NCBI GenBank assembly: GCA_951406725.2
Contig: OX597814.1
Span: 161,324,001-161,388,000, forward strand
Direction of reading: 5' to 3'
DNA from: Octopus vulgaris
Taxonomy: Eukaryota
Length of the DNA stretch: 64,000 bases
Part shown: piece after piece, positions 12,966 to 25,350 of the stretch
How positions within the stretch are numbered: the first letter of the stretch is position 1
How the letters are laid out: every line of letters starts with the position of its first letter
Notes under the pieces: model-generated
Told to the model about the DNA's origin: nothing
The model's database searches: none
What the model saw: the letters and a program-made list of their open reading frames with translations, nothing else
Position numbers and translations under genes: made by a program

Positions 12966-15255
12966 GTAAGTTTACTGATACTTATGATAATCAATGTTAT
13001 ATTTTGTTTTAAAATTATGATTCTGGAGTAAGTAATATTTCTCCTAAGATTAAAATAAATGCTTCATCTAGCTTTAAAAACTTTATTAAAACTTTTTTTG
13101 ATATTTCACAACTGAGTTTCTCTGACTGATACCAATATATTAAATCTAGTAATATCGTTTACTTGCTTAATTCCCATCACTAATTACTTTTCCTAAGTCT
13201 TAGAAACTACTGTTTCCCTGTGACCCATTATAGCTATCAAGCATCTTTAACTTTTGATTGTCCTGCATATCAGTTGTCTAAGCACTTTTGATAAATTAAA
13301 AATTTTGATTCAGTAGATTTTAACTTAGAACCTTACCCCAAGTTTATATTATTGTTGCCCATTTCTTTCTTACAGGTTACCTTTTTAATATATTGTATTT
13401 CTAGTAATCATCAACTACATATGCATTTCAGTTTTTAAAATAGGATTTTAGGCAAGATAGGTTTTAGATAATTATTATAACATTTTAATTTATTGATATA
13501 ATGAGCTGATATTTAGAATAAAATTTAGCAATAGAATTCTTACATGAAATTATGGAATGTTTGAGGATTAGTTATATGTGACCATTGACATTCTCAGCCA
13601 GATTGGCACATAAAGGGCCAAAAATAATTCCTGATTTGTTAGGACAGGGAACTCCTGCATATTCAAGGATTTTGACCAGAAGCTGTTCTTTTAAATTCAA
13701 ATAGTTGTATGTTATCAAATTAATTAACAGCAATTGCCTGAAAATAGAAACCATGTCTTTAGTCTTGGTTTGCTCCAATGAACATTTCACAACCAAATAT
13801 GAAGGTAATGAATTAATGCTAGAAGGATCTTGATGAAGTCTAAGAAGCTGAGAATAAAATGCACTTGAAACGCTTCATTAAACTGATTGCTTAGGTGAAT
13901 TTATGTGCACTTTTTTCTAATTTTTTTATTAATAAGAATTCAGATATTTCCCTTAAAATTTGTCATTACTGATAGGGAGTCAAAAATTGGTCCCATTCTT
14001 TTTATCACTATGTTTTCTTTCTTAAAGGTATCTTAGTATTATAAGGTATTGGTTACTGAAACATTTCTCAGATGACTGTCAGGATTGATTATAATGTCAG
14101 TAGCTTCATAGTATGAAATTGATTCCAATGAATAGTTAATTAAGCACTTAAGGAGAGATCTGAAATACTTTACTCCTCTATTAGTGTGACCACTAATAGA
14201 GTAGTAAAGCACTATCATTATGTTTAATTTGACCTATTAAATACACTTCTTTTTATTAATTTAAGCAGCTAAAAATAAAATGTTTTTCACTTGGTAGAAC
14301 AATGACAGCATAAATTAATGCTAATTACTATTTTGTGTCTATCAAACTTAACCAATTGCTTTTTTTTTTATACAATCTTGTGAATTCTTTATGTTATTTC
14401 TCAAATCAAACAAACAACAGGAGGAATCCAATAAAAGCAAACTAACTGTTGACCCATAGCTTTAACTGTGCCACAGCCATAAAAAAGGAAGCTTACATTA
14501 TGTCCCCTTTTCAGTTTGGTGTCTGTATACACCAAATACAGTGAAGGATAATTTTAGATTTTCCCTCTTGACAAAGATTTAAATTTGTCATGCCCTCTGA
14601 CAAATTTTAAATCTTTCAAATCTTATTACTAACATGGATTATCAAAATACAAAAATAACATTATTTATTTGTTTTATTCATGGCATTTCATCTGTGACAA
14701 TAGCCTTATTTTTTTCTTTACCTTGATTACTTTCTTATTGAAAAATTCTTCTGGCTAACATTGTCACATTTATAAACCGAACTCATTTAGTTTCTTAAAC
14801 CAAAAATACTTAAATTCTCCTCCTCTCCCTATTTCATATATATGATCTCTCTCTCTCACACTCACACACACATGCACACTCACACACGATTATGTATATA
14901 CACATGTATTAAAACAAGTTTTTAGAACTTAAGTACAAGGGGAAAAAAATAAATTTAGGACTCACATCCATTATCAATTGAAGCTTTTTAATTTACATGA
15001 CTCGTTTGTGAAATTTCGCTTCTTCATAATCTTAGAAATTCATGCACTCCTTAATTAATACCGTTGCATAATTGTATGCATATAAATTTATGAATTTCTT
15101 TTTTCAGTTATACATTTAAATGCTGTTTAATGCATGTTTTGGGGGATATAATGCAATCTTTTTATTTGTTTCTGTTTTGGTATTCAGCTGGCAGTATAAA
15201 GAAATTGTTCTCTGTTGTATCAAGATCTTATATCTATGTTCCTTATATATTTCAG

Positions 15256-15393
15256 ACAAGATTCTTTACAATCAGAAGTTATAAATGAAGAACCTGAAGA
15301 AAAAACGCTATCAGTATCAGAAAGAATTTCTCAAATGGAAACTCAGATTTCATCAACATCGGGAGCTACTACTCCAAAAACACCTAGGTCAAG
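15256..15393 (+). CDS. SVIL: Supervillin-like exon, 138 nt (QDSLQSEV...LSVSERISQME...PKTPRS), phase 2-2
   Basis: TTTCAG|A acceptor and AG|GTAAAT donor; frame continuous with both neighbours; SVSERI motif. Confidence 0.88.
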
Positions 15394-17429
15394 GTAAATT
15401 TAATTGTTATATGTTTTACATTTTGGATTTTAATTTATTTACTGATTTTCTCAACTTATTTCTCATTTATTACCTTTGATGTCCCAGATCTGAATTGCTA
15501 TTGATGTAGTCATCCCATTTATTTTCCACATTCAACAACCTCTTCACATATTACTTTCACCTTCCCTTAATTCTATAAGGCTACACAACAAAGTGTCTCA
15601 TTTTGTCCTTGAAGCAGATGAGTCCTGTCATATTGCATCTTGCTTTTGCTGCTTTGCAGAACTAAAGATATTTATCCATGACTTTTTGCATATATTTATT
15701 AGAAGTAAATATTAAACATGAAAATAGTTAATATTTTATCAAAGGTCTATAGCTTCTTTGTCCTCATGTCTTTTCTGTTGTCAAATGAAGTGAAGTGACT
15801 CAGAAACAAGCAGCTGAGAAGCACACAATTCATTGTTCTCTTAACAGATATACTAAAACTTTTTGTCAATTTTTCTGACTCCTCTTAAACCTTTGCATAT
15901 ATTTGAATTTTTTGGTATAATATTAATTAATCAAGAAAATAACAACAAATAATTAATGACTGTTGGAATCTACTGCTTCCTGTATCTCATGTTTTCTCAC
16001 TATTAAATAGCCAAGTGAAGTGATACACAAATAGTTGATAAAGAAAGAATACATTTCTTTTGAAAATAAATATGCTGTTAAATATAAGGGAGATAATTCA
16101 TAATTTTCAATTGGTTTCTAAAACTTGCTCACTAATTGTAAGGTATTGTAAGTTAAGTTGGGGGGGGGGGGGGTAAGTAGAACACCTTATTTGATAAAGA
16201 AGGAAAATTGATAATTCAAAATAACTAAATCTTTTTTTTTTCAGTTTTGATTTTTAGTTTTCAAACTATTAGCTTTTGGGATAGTGACATTTTCTGGTAG
16301 ATGAAACATGTAAAGAATTTTCTAAGAAGCTTAATATTTAGTGCAATCTTTTCCTCATTAACACAAGTCCAAAGAATGAGGGGATTCCTAGAAGATGTCT
16401 TTACCCCTCTTTGTAGGTGATTATGGCATGTAGGTGATTATGGCATGTAGCATTAACTACCCTGACTAGAATTAATAACAGTCCACATTATTTCCTTATG
16501 TGGAATTAGAAATTTATGGCAAAGCTTTCCATTTACAGTTTCAATTTGATATAGCTACCTGGATTGGGAGATTTCTAACAGGTTGCCCCCTTGTAACACT
16601 TTTTTGATGGAGCTCCCATTAAACCCTCCCAAATTATAAATACCTTTACTTTGGCTACTGTAGCCTCAATTTCTCTCATTTTCTGTGACTTGCTGTATTT
16701 TCCTTTCTTCTCTTCAGCTCAGAACTTCAAATCTTTGGCACATTTTTCTTCTTCCATATGTTTTCTATCTAACCATTAACCTATAGTGTTTAAGTCTCAA
16801 CATCAACTATTTCATTTTTATCATAATTTTACATCTGGTGTTCCATGTTTGCATGATTTTCTGAGCCAGTGTTTTATGGCTAGATGACTTTCCCGTTTCC
16901 TACCTTTTCATCATGCATAGATGCAGTGTACCTATTCTAAAACTGAGATACATACTGTAATATCAACATCAATTACATTTATATCAACTGATCCCTCAAT
17001 CTACAAGGCCTCTTTCAGATTTACTTTCTCCTCAAAACATGCTAGAAATGTCTTAATTGTTCATTAAAAATTACTTGATATTTTCATTACATACATTTTA
17101 GAATTTTTTGTTTTGGACATTTGTTAGCAGATGGAAAATAACACTGTATAACAAAGAAAGCAAAAACAGAAATGAATAATCTTTTCTATGGGTATTTTGT
17201 GTGTAGATCACGAATATAACATCCATTTCTTTCTGTGACCCTCCAGTTTCTTGTAAACAGGATTGGGCTGAAACTGACAACTCTAAAAGTTATATACAGA
17301 TTTTGATATAATTTTAATGGGGTGTCAACCATTAACATAGAAAAATGGGTTGTCAACCTAACATAGGAAAATTGTAAAAGTACACACAATATTTTTATAG
17401 TTATGTGGGTCCAAATCCATGGTAAATCT

Positions 17430-18080
17430 GACAAGAAACCTCAATCTGAACTCAATGATCTAGTTTGTGATCTAACACTTACTAAGCAACAGAGTGAAGT
17501 CCTGGCCTCATGTCTGCAACAATGGAACCTGTTGGATAAAGACGCTCTAATTACAGCATTTAGGAGCATTCTGCAGATCTACTGCAGTTCTTCACTTTGG
17601 AAAACAACTTGACTTATTCTAATAATATCAGAGACCTATTCAATGCCTTTGAGCTGACCTATGAACCAAATGAGTAGAGGTTATTCATAGATGCATCCCT
17701 TTACAGCATAAATGTGGTTCTGTGGCACATTGGAAACACCATGCCTTCAGTTCCAGTTGCTCACTCTGTCATTTTAAGAGAGACATATGAGAACCTCACT
17801 TTTATTCTAGACTGCATAAGTTACAAGGAGTATGAGTGGCTAATTTGTGCAGACTTGAAAGTAGTAGCCCTACTTAATGGGCTATAAACGGGATACACCA
17901 AGTTTATGTGCTTCCTTTGCAAGTAGGATAGTAGGGCCAGATCAGAGCATTATGTACACTCAGAATGGCCACCTTGGGAAACTATGATACCTGGATGTCA
18001 TAATGTAAATCATGAGCCATTAGTTAAGGAGAAAAATCATTTTGCCACCACTGCATATAAAACTAGGCCCAATGAAGCAT
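17430..18080 (+). mobile_element. Degraded DNA transposase fragment, probably Chapaev3-like (CMC superfamily)
   Basis: Translates in broken frames to QSELNDLVCDL...LASCLQQWNLL, RLFIDAS, ETYEN, WLICADLKVVALL, GYTKFMCFLC and ILPPLHIKLG. The family assignment is from motif recall only. Confidence 0.65.
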
Positions 18081-18319
18081 TCTTAACCTACCTCACCTGT
18101 GTAATGGAACTCACTTAAATGTTACTTCCATGAAGCCCCATGTCCTACAGGCAACAATCATAACAGGTAGTCTTTATTCCAAAATTCTTTATTTCCTCTC
18201 AAACCTACAGATGTTTCATTTTGTAATCCTTGTTTTGACTAAACAGACCTAGTTACAAACAATCCCAAACTCTCTTTTCAAATACATTTTTAACAAAATT
18301 TTCTAATTCTAAATTTCAG

Positions 18320-18520
18320 GTTAGGATCTGTTAGTAGAACTTACTTTGAAGATATTCAAAAGCAGACTATGTTACCTGAAGAACTTTTTAATAAATTAAG
18401 TGATTTGGCTCTTAGTAAAGAAGCCTACCAGGAAAGGAGGAAGAAATATCAACGGGGTCGAGATGACTGGCGGTCCAGGACACAACCCGTTACGCAAGAA
18501 GAGGTGAAAGAAGCTGATAG
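18320..18520 (+). CDS. SVIL: Supervillin-like exon, 201 nt (LGSVSRTYFEDIQ...RDDWRSRTQPVTQEEVKEAD), phase 2-2; absent from the ORF track
   Basis: TTTCAG|G acceptor and AG|GTAAGA donor; open frame; RxxTQPVT motif. Confidence 0.9.
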
Positions 18521-19283
18521 GTAAGAATAGTTATATAGTAATAATCTTTAGCATGAAGTTTGTCACCTTTGATGTTGTAGTACAATATATATTGTATATT
18601 TTCAAGCATCCTTTTTGTTTAAATTTAGTTTTTACATTGGTAATTACAATGCCAAATTTTAAGTTTATTGCACTGGCAAGTATATGTCTGAATACACAAA
18701 AGGAAACTATTTGCAATATTTTCTAAATATTCTAATTAGAGGGAATTATGATTGTTTATAAGTAATACTTAATTGATTATACAAGATAATATTATCTTCT
18801 TTTACATTATTAATTTTAAAAATATGTAAAAATTATCAAATACCTAAATAAATTATTATTGTCTGTGAAGGCAATTTTAAACACTTGTTTACAAGAGTTA
18901 TGGGAAAACAGTTACTTTGTTTTAAGATGTTTCTTGTATATTATGAAATCTTATTTTTTCTTACGTTTGTTATGTATTTAAATTTTGTTTTGTTTAAATT
19001 TAAATTTTACTTTTTTTGGCTTTTACTTCAAATTCTTTGTTCAAACCAAACAAGCAATTGTTATAAATAGATAAATAATTCTGAAAGGTTTGATTTAACC
19101 ATTTCTAGCAATTTAGTATTTTATACTTATATATTTTGTACAAGATAAAAGTAAATGAGACTAAAATATAAGTAAATTTATGTTATAAATAATCTGAGAG
19201 TTCAAAGGAGAATTAGCAAAACAGTTTAATGCAATTTTTAATAATAATTTCTTTATTGACGACTAAGGGTTGCAGTTTTTAAT

Positions 19284-19501
19284 GATTGTTTCAAAGTTTG
19301 GAACAAGGCCAGCAATTTTCAGGGGAGGGTTAAATCGATTACATCAACCCCAGTACTCAACTGATACTTATTTTATCAACTCTGAAAGGATGAAAGGCAA
19401 ATTCAGCCTCAGCGGTATTTGAACTCAGAAAGTAAAGACTGATAAAATACCGCTAAGCATTTTGCTTGGCGTGCTAACAATTCTGCCAGCTTGCTGCCTT
19501 A
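19284..19501 (-). mobile_element. tRNA-derived SINE (family B) with 12-bp TSD
   Basis: GCAGTTTTTAAT at 19272-19283 and 19502-19513; the minus strand has A-box-like TGGCAGAATTG and B-box GAGTTCAAAT. Confidence 0.8.
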
Positions 19502-20634
19502 GCAGTTTTTAATAGTGATAGTATCAATAACATAGAAATTATTTCTCTTTGTTGTTTCAAAATATAAATCACTTGTATCCTTATACCATTTTCTAAATGT
19601 TGATAAAATTTAATGGAAATTAAAATTTTAAAAAGAAATTGGGAAATGTCAAACCAAAATGTTTTCTAATTCATGTTAAAATGTATGTAGTTGAAAATAT
19701 CAATTCTCATAGCTTTCATTTAGTGTTTTAGCATTTTGTTCTTTTGGATATAGGACTGGAATTATATGCAACATAATGAGTTGAATAGCATATTTCAAAC
19801 ATTATGAATATTATTTTTAAAGAATCAATTAATAAAAATTTTGCAGAATAGTTTACAACTGAATTCTTTTGGTCATTCTTAACAATTGCTGGAATTAGTG
19901 TTTATTAATGATTGCAACTTCTGATATTGAACCTTGATTACATGGTTTAAAAAACAATTTGTACAACTACATTAAAAGAGTCTGAGATAGTTTAAATAGA
20001 AATGCCCAGGATGATCACCTAATTAATTAGAAAACAGAAGAATGAATATATAGAGTATTTATTTTGCTTTGTATTGAATGAAGAAGAGAACTATATTTTC
20101 ATCTTAGATACTTTGTACACTGAACAGGTCTTTAGTTTATTAAAATTTAAAATTATGAATTTTACTTTAATCTTTTAAAAATGTTAGAATTCAGCTTTAC
20201 ATTAATTAATTACTATCATATGTATTATATTTTTACATTTAAATTTTGACAAAAGTGTTAAAACAATATCATTACTTGCAGTCACATACTGATGCCTATT
20301 ATAAATATAATTGGTTTGTTGTGATATTAATGTGTAACCAATTCATTATATACCTACCTTATTTTATCTGATTTTATAAAATTTACTTGAATAAATAAGT
20401 AAATTTATGCTGGGCATTTAACCATTAGATTAAACCTGAAAATATTTCATTTTAAACTTATTTGCTTGCATAAATATTTTAAATATGTTTTATTATTTTT
20501 ACGTTCAAATTAAGTTTTATTTTATAATTTTTGTATTTAATGCACTTAAAAGAATCCTCTATACATAAGCTAGCTCTTGGGGTTTAGAATCTTGTATTAT
20601 AATAGTTCCTGATCAGATAGTACTTTTTTTACAG

Positions 20635-21381
20635 TTTGGAAACTGTGAGTAATTTCCGAGCTTTGGTGATGAAACGGTCATCTATTAACATCTTTGAACA
20701 ATTGAAAGATCAAGAAAAGCAACGTAAAACATATCCTGGGAAGAAAACTGAATATCCACAGCCTTACATACCCGAGAAAATGTCAGAGAAAAAGAGAGAG
20801 AGGTATAAAACTCTGCCAGTTACAGCAGCTGAGCTAATGGCCATCCCTGAAGGAGAGACTGTTGGGTTGGATAACTTTAAGTCTACAATGCAAGCTCTAA
20901 GGGATTATAAAACTGATTCTGGAATTGTTTCATCTTGCTCAGATTTTGAGAGAGACTCTCAGGGTTCTGATAGTATGAAAAACCTAGCAATTGATGCTGA
21001 CACAGAAGACGATGACATTACTCATCTTAGTGTTGCTGACAGAGCCTGTATCTTTCAAAAGCTAGAAGAAAAATCCAAAAAGTGTGCTAGTGGAGCAAAG
21101 CGTTACATCGACAGAAAGAAGCGAGAACGTTATAAAACACAGCCAGTTACTGAAGATGAAGTGAAGACTGCCTCTGAAATTGCCGAAGAAAACGTCAGTG
21201 ACAGGAAACGTAATAGTATTACTGATCAGATTGAGTTTATGGAGAAAGTGCATGAGGCTGAAAAGAAATCAAATACTGGGCTTAAAACTTTATCATCTGC
21301 TCCCAGTTTAGAGTCATTGTTACAGAGTGAGAGTTATGAAGAAGAAATGGACCCAACCACTCATAGTGATGACCTTACCAG
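20635..21381 (+). CDS. SVIL: Supervillin-like exon, 747 nt (RYKTLPVT, SVADRACIF, RYKTQPVT), phase 2-2
   Basis: TTTTTTTACAG|T acceptor and AG|GTAACT donor; 249-codon frame with supervillin-type motifs. Confidence 0.92.
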
Positions 21382-21430
21382 GTAACTGTAACATTTCTGC
21401 CATCAAGTTTTAATACTATCAATATTTGTT

Positions 21431-21476
21431 GTCATTATCATCATCATCACTATCATTATTCCTGCTCCTCCTCCTC

Positions 21477-21508
<32 letters not shown>

Positions 21509-21540
21509 CCATCACCATCACCACCACCACCACCACCACC

Positions 21541-21596
<56 letters not shown>

Positions 21597-21597
21597 A
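21431..21597. repeat. Compound trinucleotide microsatellite (ATC)(CCT)(CAT)(CAC)(TAC)
   Basis: Directly visible. Confidence 0.95.
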
Positions 21598-21785
21598 TTT
21601 TTGGTCGCTTAGATGCACTTTAACAAAGCACAGATTCCTTCTTCTAGCCTGCTATTTGCTTCTCTTTAAAAAAAAAATCTAAAACTCAAAGAAAAATACA
21701 GCAAAATAGTAACTTAGTAGTTTGCTTCATTGAACTTTTCTTGTCTATTTTTGGGACTTTTCACATTGATTCAGTCACTAATCAT

Positions 21786-22660
21786 ATGTACATTATTTAC
21801 ATTTGACAGATATTTGTCCTCATCTTGTTTGTTGTTAACACAACTTTTCAGCTGATATATCCTCCAGCCTTCATCAGGTGTCTTGGGGAAATTTTGAACC
21901 TGGGTTCTCATTCCTAAGGTATTTTTCAATGTTATTATTATTATTATTATTCAGGTCACTGTCTGGAATTGAACTTGGAATCTTGGGGTTAGTAGCCCAC
22001 CTCTTAACCGCTATGCCATATGTCCATGGGCAATTATGGAGTGAATTTTAGGGCTTATAAATCTAATATTTTCCTATCCTTCCTTAATACCAGTTCCCAT
22101 ATGCTATTCATATCTGCACTTGGTCTGCTTAGAAGGTTGTTGTGTCCTAGCATATGTGCTGCTTCTTTTACTTTTCGTATTTTCCAGTGGTGTTCTCTGT
22201 CTATTATTTTAACTTCATCCCACAGGGGGAGGTGAGCTCCATTTTTCCATACATGATCCACTATATCCGATTTATCAATATCTCCTTGTGTCACAGTTTT
22301 GTGATGTTCTGCTACCCTTATTTTAAGGGGGCAGCATGATTCGCCTTTGTATAACCTACCACAGCTGCATAGGATGGAGTACACACAGTTTTTGGTCATA
22401 TTCTCTTCTACTGGTGGTTTTATTCACATGAGATATTTTTGAAGTGTTGTATTACTCTTGAATACTGTCCTGATGTCATATGGGCCACATAATTTTTGTA
22501 TCTTTTCAGAGAGGCCTTTCAAATAGGGTAGAAAGGCTGTGGACAGTTTATTGGTTTCATCCTCCCTTTTCTTCATAAATGGAGCAGATAGTATGTTTTT
22601 GGGGTAGTTGTTGCTTATAGATTGTTACTGAGCTTGATCTTTTATTTGTGGTGGGTATCA
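21786..22660 (-). mobile_element. Penelope-like retroelement, 3' part (GIY-YIG endonuclease plus terminal region), inverted copy
   Basis: ORF 22055-22399(-) NCVYSILCSCGRLYKGES...RVAEHH is a PLE-type GIY-YIG domain; the segment is the reverse complement of 23151-24111. Confidence 0.88.
21837..21882 (-). ncRNA. Minimal type-I hammerhead ribozyme-like motif in the PLE terminus (best-preserved copy)
   Basis: Minus strand reads GACAC-CTGATGA-A-GGCTG-gaggatatat-CAGCT-GAAA-AG-TT-GTGTT; helix I and helix II can pair. Confidence 0.6.
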
Positions 22661-22679
22661 TGATCCCTATATACCAGTG

Positions 22680-24137
22680 ATATACCAATAAGAAACTTGA
22701 TGGAAATGTTGACCTTCTGTGTAGAAACTACCTACTTCATATATATATTGACAAGAAGAGAGTTTAGCTATGTGTTTGCCATTAACACCAATAATAGCCA
22801 ATATATACTTGGGAATGCTTTGAGAATTTGGCTTTAGGGTCAACACCATTAAAACCAACCCTATGGCTGTGATATGTTGATGACACCTTTATACTTTGGT
22901 CCCATCAGGAGATGTCCAAAATCATGTGAACTCAATAAAGCCATCCATACAGTTCACAATGGAAAAAGAAAAAGACAATCAGCTAGCATTCCTGGACATA
23001 GTAATAACGCACACCAAGTATGGTTTCAGGACATCCATACACCACAAACCAACCTTCACTGGACAATACCTCAACTTCAATTCTCACCAGTGTAAAGAGA
23101 GGGATTGCTCAGTGCCTAAAACATCAAGCAAAGAATATAAGTAGTGATAGTGATACCCACCATGAAGAAATGATCAAGCTCAGTAACAATCTATTAAGCA
23201 ACAACTACCCCAAAAACATGCTATCCACTCCAGTTATGAAGAAAAGAGAGGACGAAACCATAAACTGTCCACAGTCTGTCTACCCTATGTGAAAGGCCTG
23301 TCTGAAAAGATACAAAAGGTATGCAGCCCATATGGCATCAAGAGTAATACAACACTTCGCAAATATATCCTTGGAGTAAAACCACCAATAGAAGAGAATA
23401 TGACCAAAAACTGTGTGTACTCCATCCCATGCAGCTGTGGAGGTTATACAAAGGAAAACATGCTGCCCCCTCAAAATAAGAGTAGAGGAACATCGCAAAG
23501 CTGTGCCACAAGGTGATATTGATAAATCAGGTATAGCTGATCATGTATGGGAAAATGGAGACCACCTCCCACTGTGGAATGAAGTTAAAATAAAAGACAG
23601 AAAACACCACAGGAAAATACGAAAACTAAAAGAAGCTATGCTAGGAACAACAACCTCCTAAGCAGACCAAGTGCAGATATGAGTAACATATGGGAACTGG
23701 TATTAAGGAAGGATAGGTAAATATTAGATTTATAAGCCCTAAAATTCACTCCATAATTGCCTGTGGGCATATGGCATAGTGGTTAAGAGTGCAGGCTACT
23801 GACCCCAAGATTTTGAGTTTGATTCCAGACAGTAACCTCAATAATAATAATAATAATAATAATAATAATTATACCAATGACAACAACATTGAAAAATACC
23901 TTAGGAATGAGAACCCAGGTTCAAAATTTCCCCAAGACACTTGATGAAGGTTAGAGGGTAACAACAACATCGAAGAATACCTTAGGAATGAGAACTCAGG
24001 TTCAAAATTTCCCCAAGACACCTGATGAAGGCTGGAGGGTATATCAACCAAAACATTGTTAACAACAAACAAGATAAGGACAAATATCCATCAAATGTAA
24101 ATAATGTACATAATTCCTCATCTCTTAAATATAGAAC
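22680..24137 (+). mobile_element. Penelope-like retroelement, 5'-truncated: RT C-terminal half, GIY-YIG, terminal region (pseudogenised)
   Basis: LAM..PLTPIIANIY, YVDD (22873-22884), IQFTMEKEKDNQLAFLD, KPTFTGQYLNFNSH and NCVYSIPCSCG; many frameshifts. Confidence 0.9.
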
Positions 24138-24284
24138 TTGAAGTTATAAGATTTTATTTTAGAGTACCTATTCACATTGGAAAATCTGATTAAGATGCAA
24201 TAAGACTTTAATACTCAACATTATAGATATATTTTGAACAATTATTATAATTGACATTTAGATTGTCAAATGTAATGCTTATTT

Positions 24285-24457
24285 CTCATATTGTTTTGAA
24301 TTAAACATGCATTATTTTGTAACTTTGAGATTTCAATGATGTGTCTGTTTATCTTTAGAATGTCATTGTAGGGTAGGTGTGAGAGGCTGGATCTGTTTGA
24401 ATGTAAAACAAGCAGAGTATTTGGGCTGAATATAGCCAGTTTAAATGCTGATGGGTT
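24285..24457. repeat. Dispersed non-autonomous repeat (related copies at ~32600-32810, inverted, and ~60605-60732)
   Basis: The copies share TTGTA[A/G]CTTTGAGATTT...GATGAT...CATTGTAGG...GAATATTTGGGCTG...GTTTAAA.GCT. Confidence 0.6.
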
Positions 24458-25060
24458 ACACAGATTCCTTTATTACCCTAATAGCTAGTGAATTCAATAA
24501 ACTAAATTGATCATTGGAAAATAGAAGAATTTTTTTAAAGGCAGTGCCCCATATTGTCACAGTTTAATGAGTAAAATTAGAAACAACAAGCAAAAAGACC
24601 AAAATAATGCAGTAATAATGTAAAAAAAGATATTACTATAAAAATAAATGTGAAAGAACAAATTTCAATTGTTTGGATGTAAAACTTTGTAACTTCCACA
24701 TTATTCACAGATGAACATTTTCAACCACTTGATTCCAGAATTCCCTTTCCTGCATTGCTCTTGGTTGGTTCTCTTCAGAAAACCAGAGTCTTCAACCAGT
24801 TGGTCAATAAGTGTCCTGGCAAGATGACTCTTCGGTTGCTTTCCCTGTGTTGGTTCCCACATCAACATTTTAATTCACTACTTCATCTTTGCTACAAAAG
24901 GAGAGCCTGCAGAATCTCCGTCTTCTTTTCTTTATGGTGGAGGTAACTCTTGAAAGATTACAGTAATCCCTCACCATATCGCAGTTCACCTATTGTGGTT
25001 TAGTATCTAAGCTTACATTGATTCCTCCATGGTGTTGTCTTGCATTTATAATGAAATAAA

Positions 25061-25263
25061 TACTCTTTTACTTGTTTCAGTCATTTGACTGTGATCATGC
25101 TGGAGCACTGCCTTTAGTCAAGCAAATCAACCCCAGGACTTATTCTTTGAAAGTCTAGTACTTACTCTATCGGTCTCTTTTGCCGAACTGCTAAGTTATG
25201 GGGACGTAAACACACCAGCATCGGTTGTCAAGCGATGTTGGGGGGACAAACACAGACACACAA

Positions 25264-25350
<87 letters not shown>

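Noticed and set aside
9502-12969. Stand-alone single-exon mucin gene
   Set aside because: No true ATG start or signal peptide; it is bounded by splice sites in phase with flanking intracellular supervillin-like exons, and the stop lies inside the donor GTAAGT.
16412-16450. 17-nt tandem duplication TGTAGGTGATTATGGCA
   Set aside because: A single slippage duplication with no further structure.
21403-21623. Poly-His/Tyr and poly-Ser/Gly/Asp ORFs
   Set aside because: Translations of an intronic compound microsatellite.
23765-23837. Functional tRNA gene
   Set aside because: The acceptor and T stems do not pair properly, CpGs have decayed, and it is embedded in a repeat with three diverged copies; it is tRNA-derived only.
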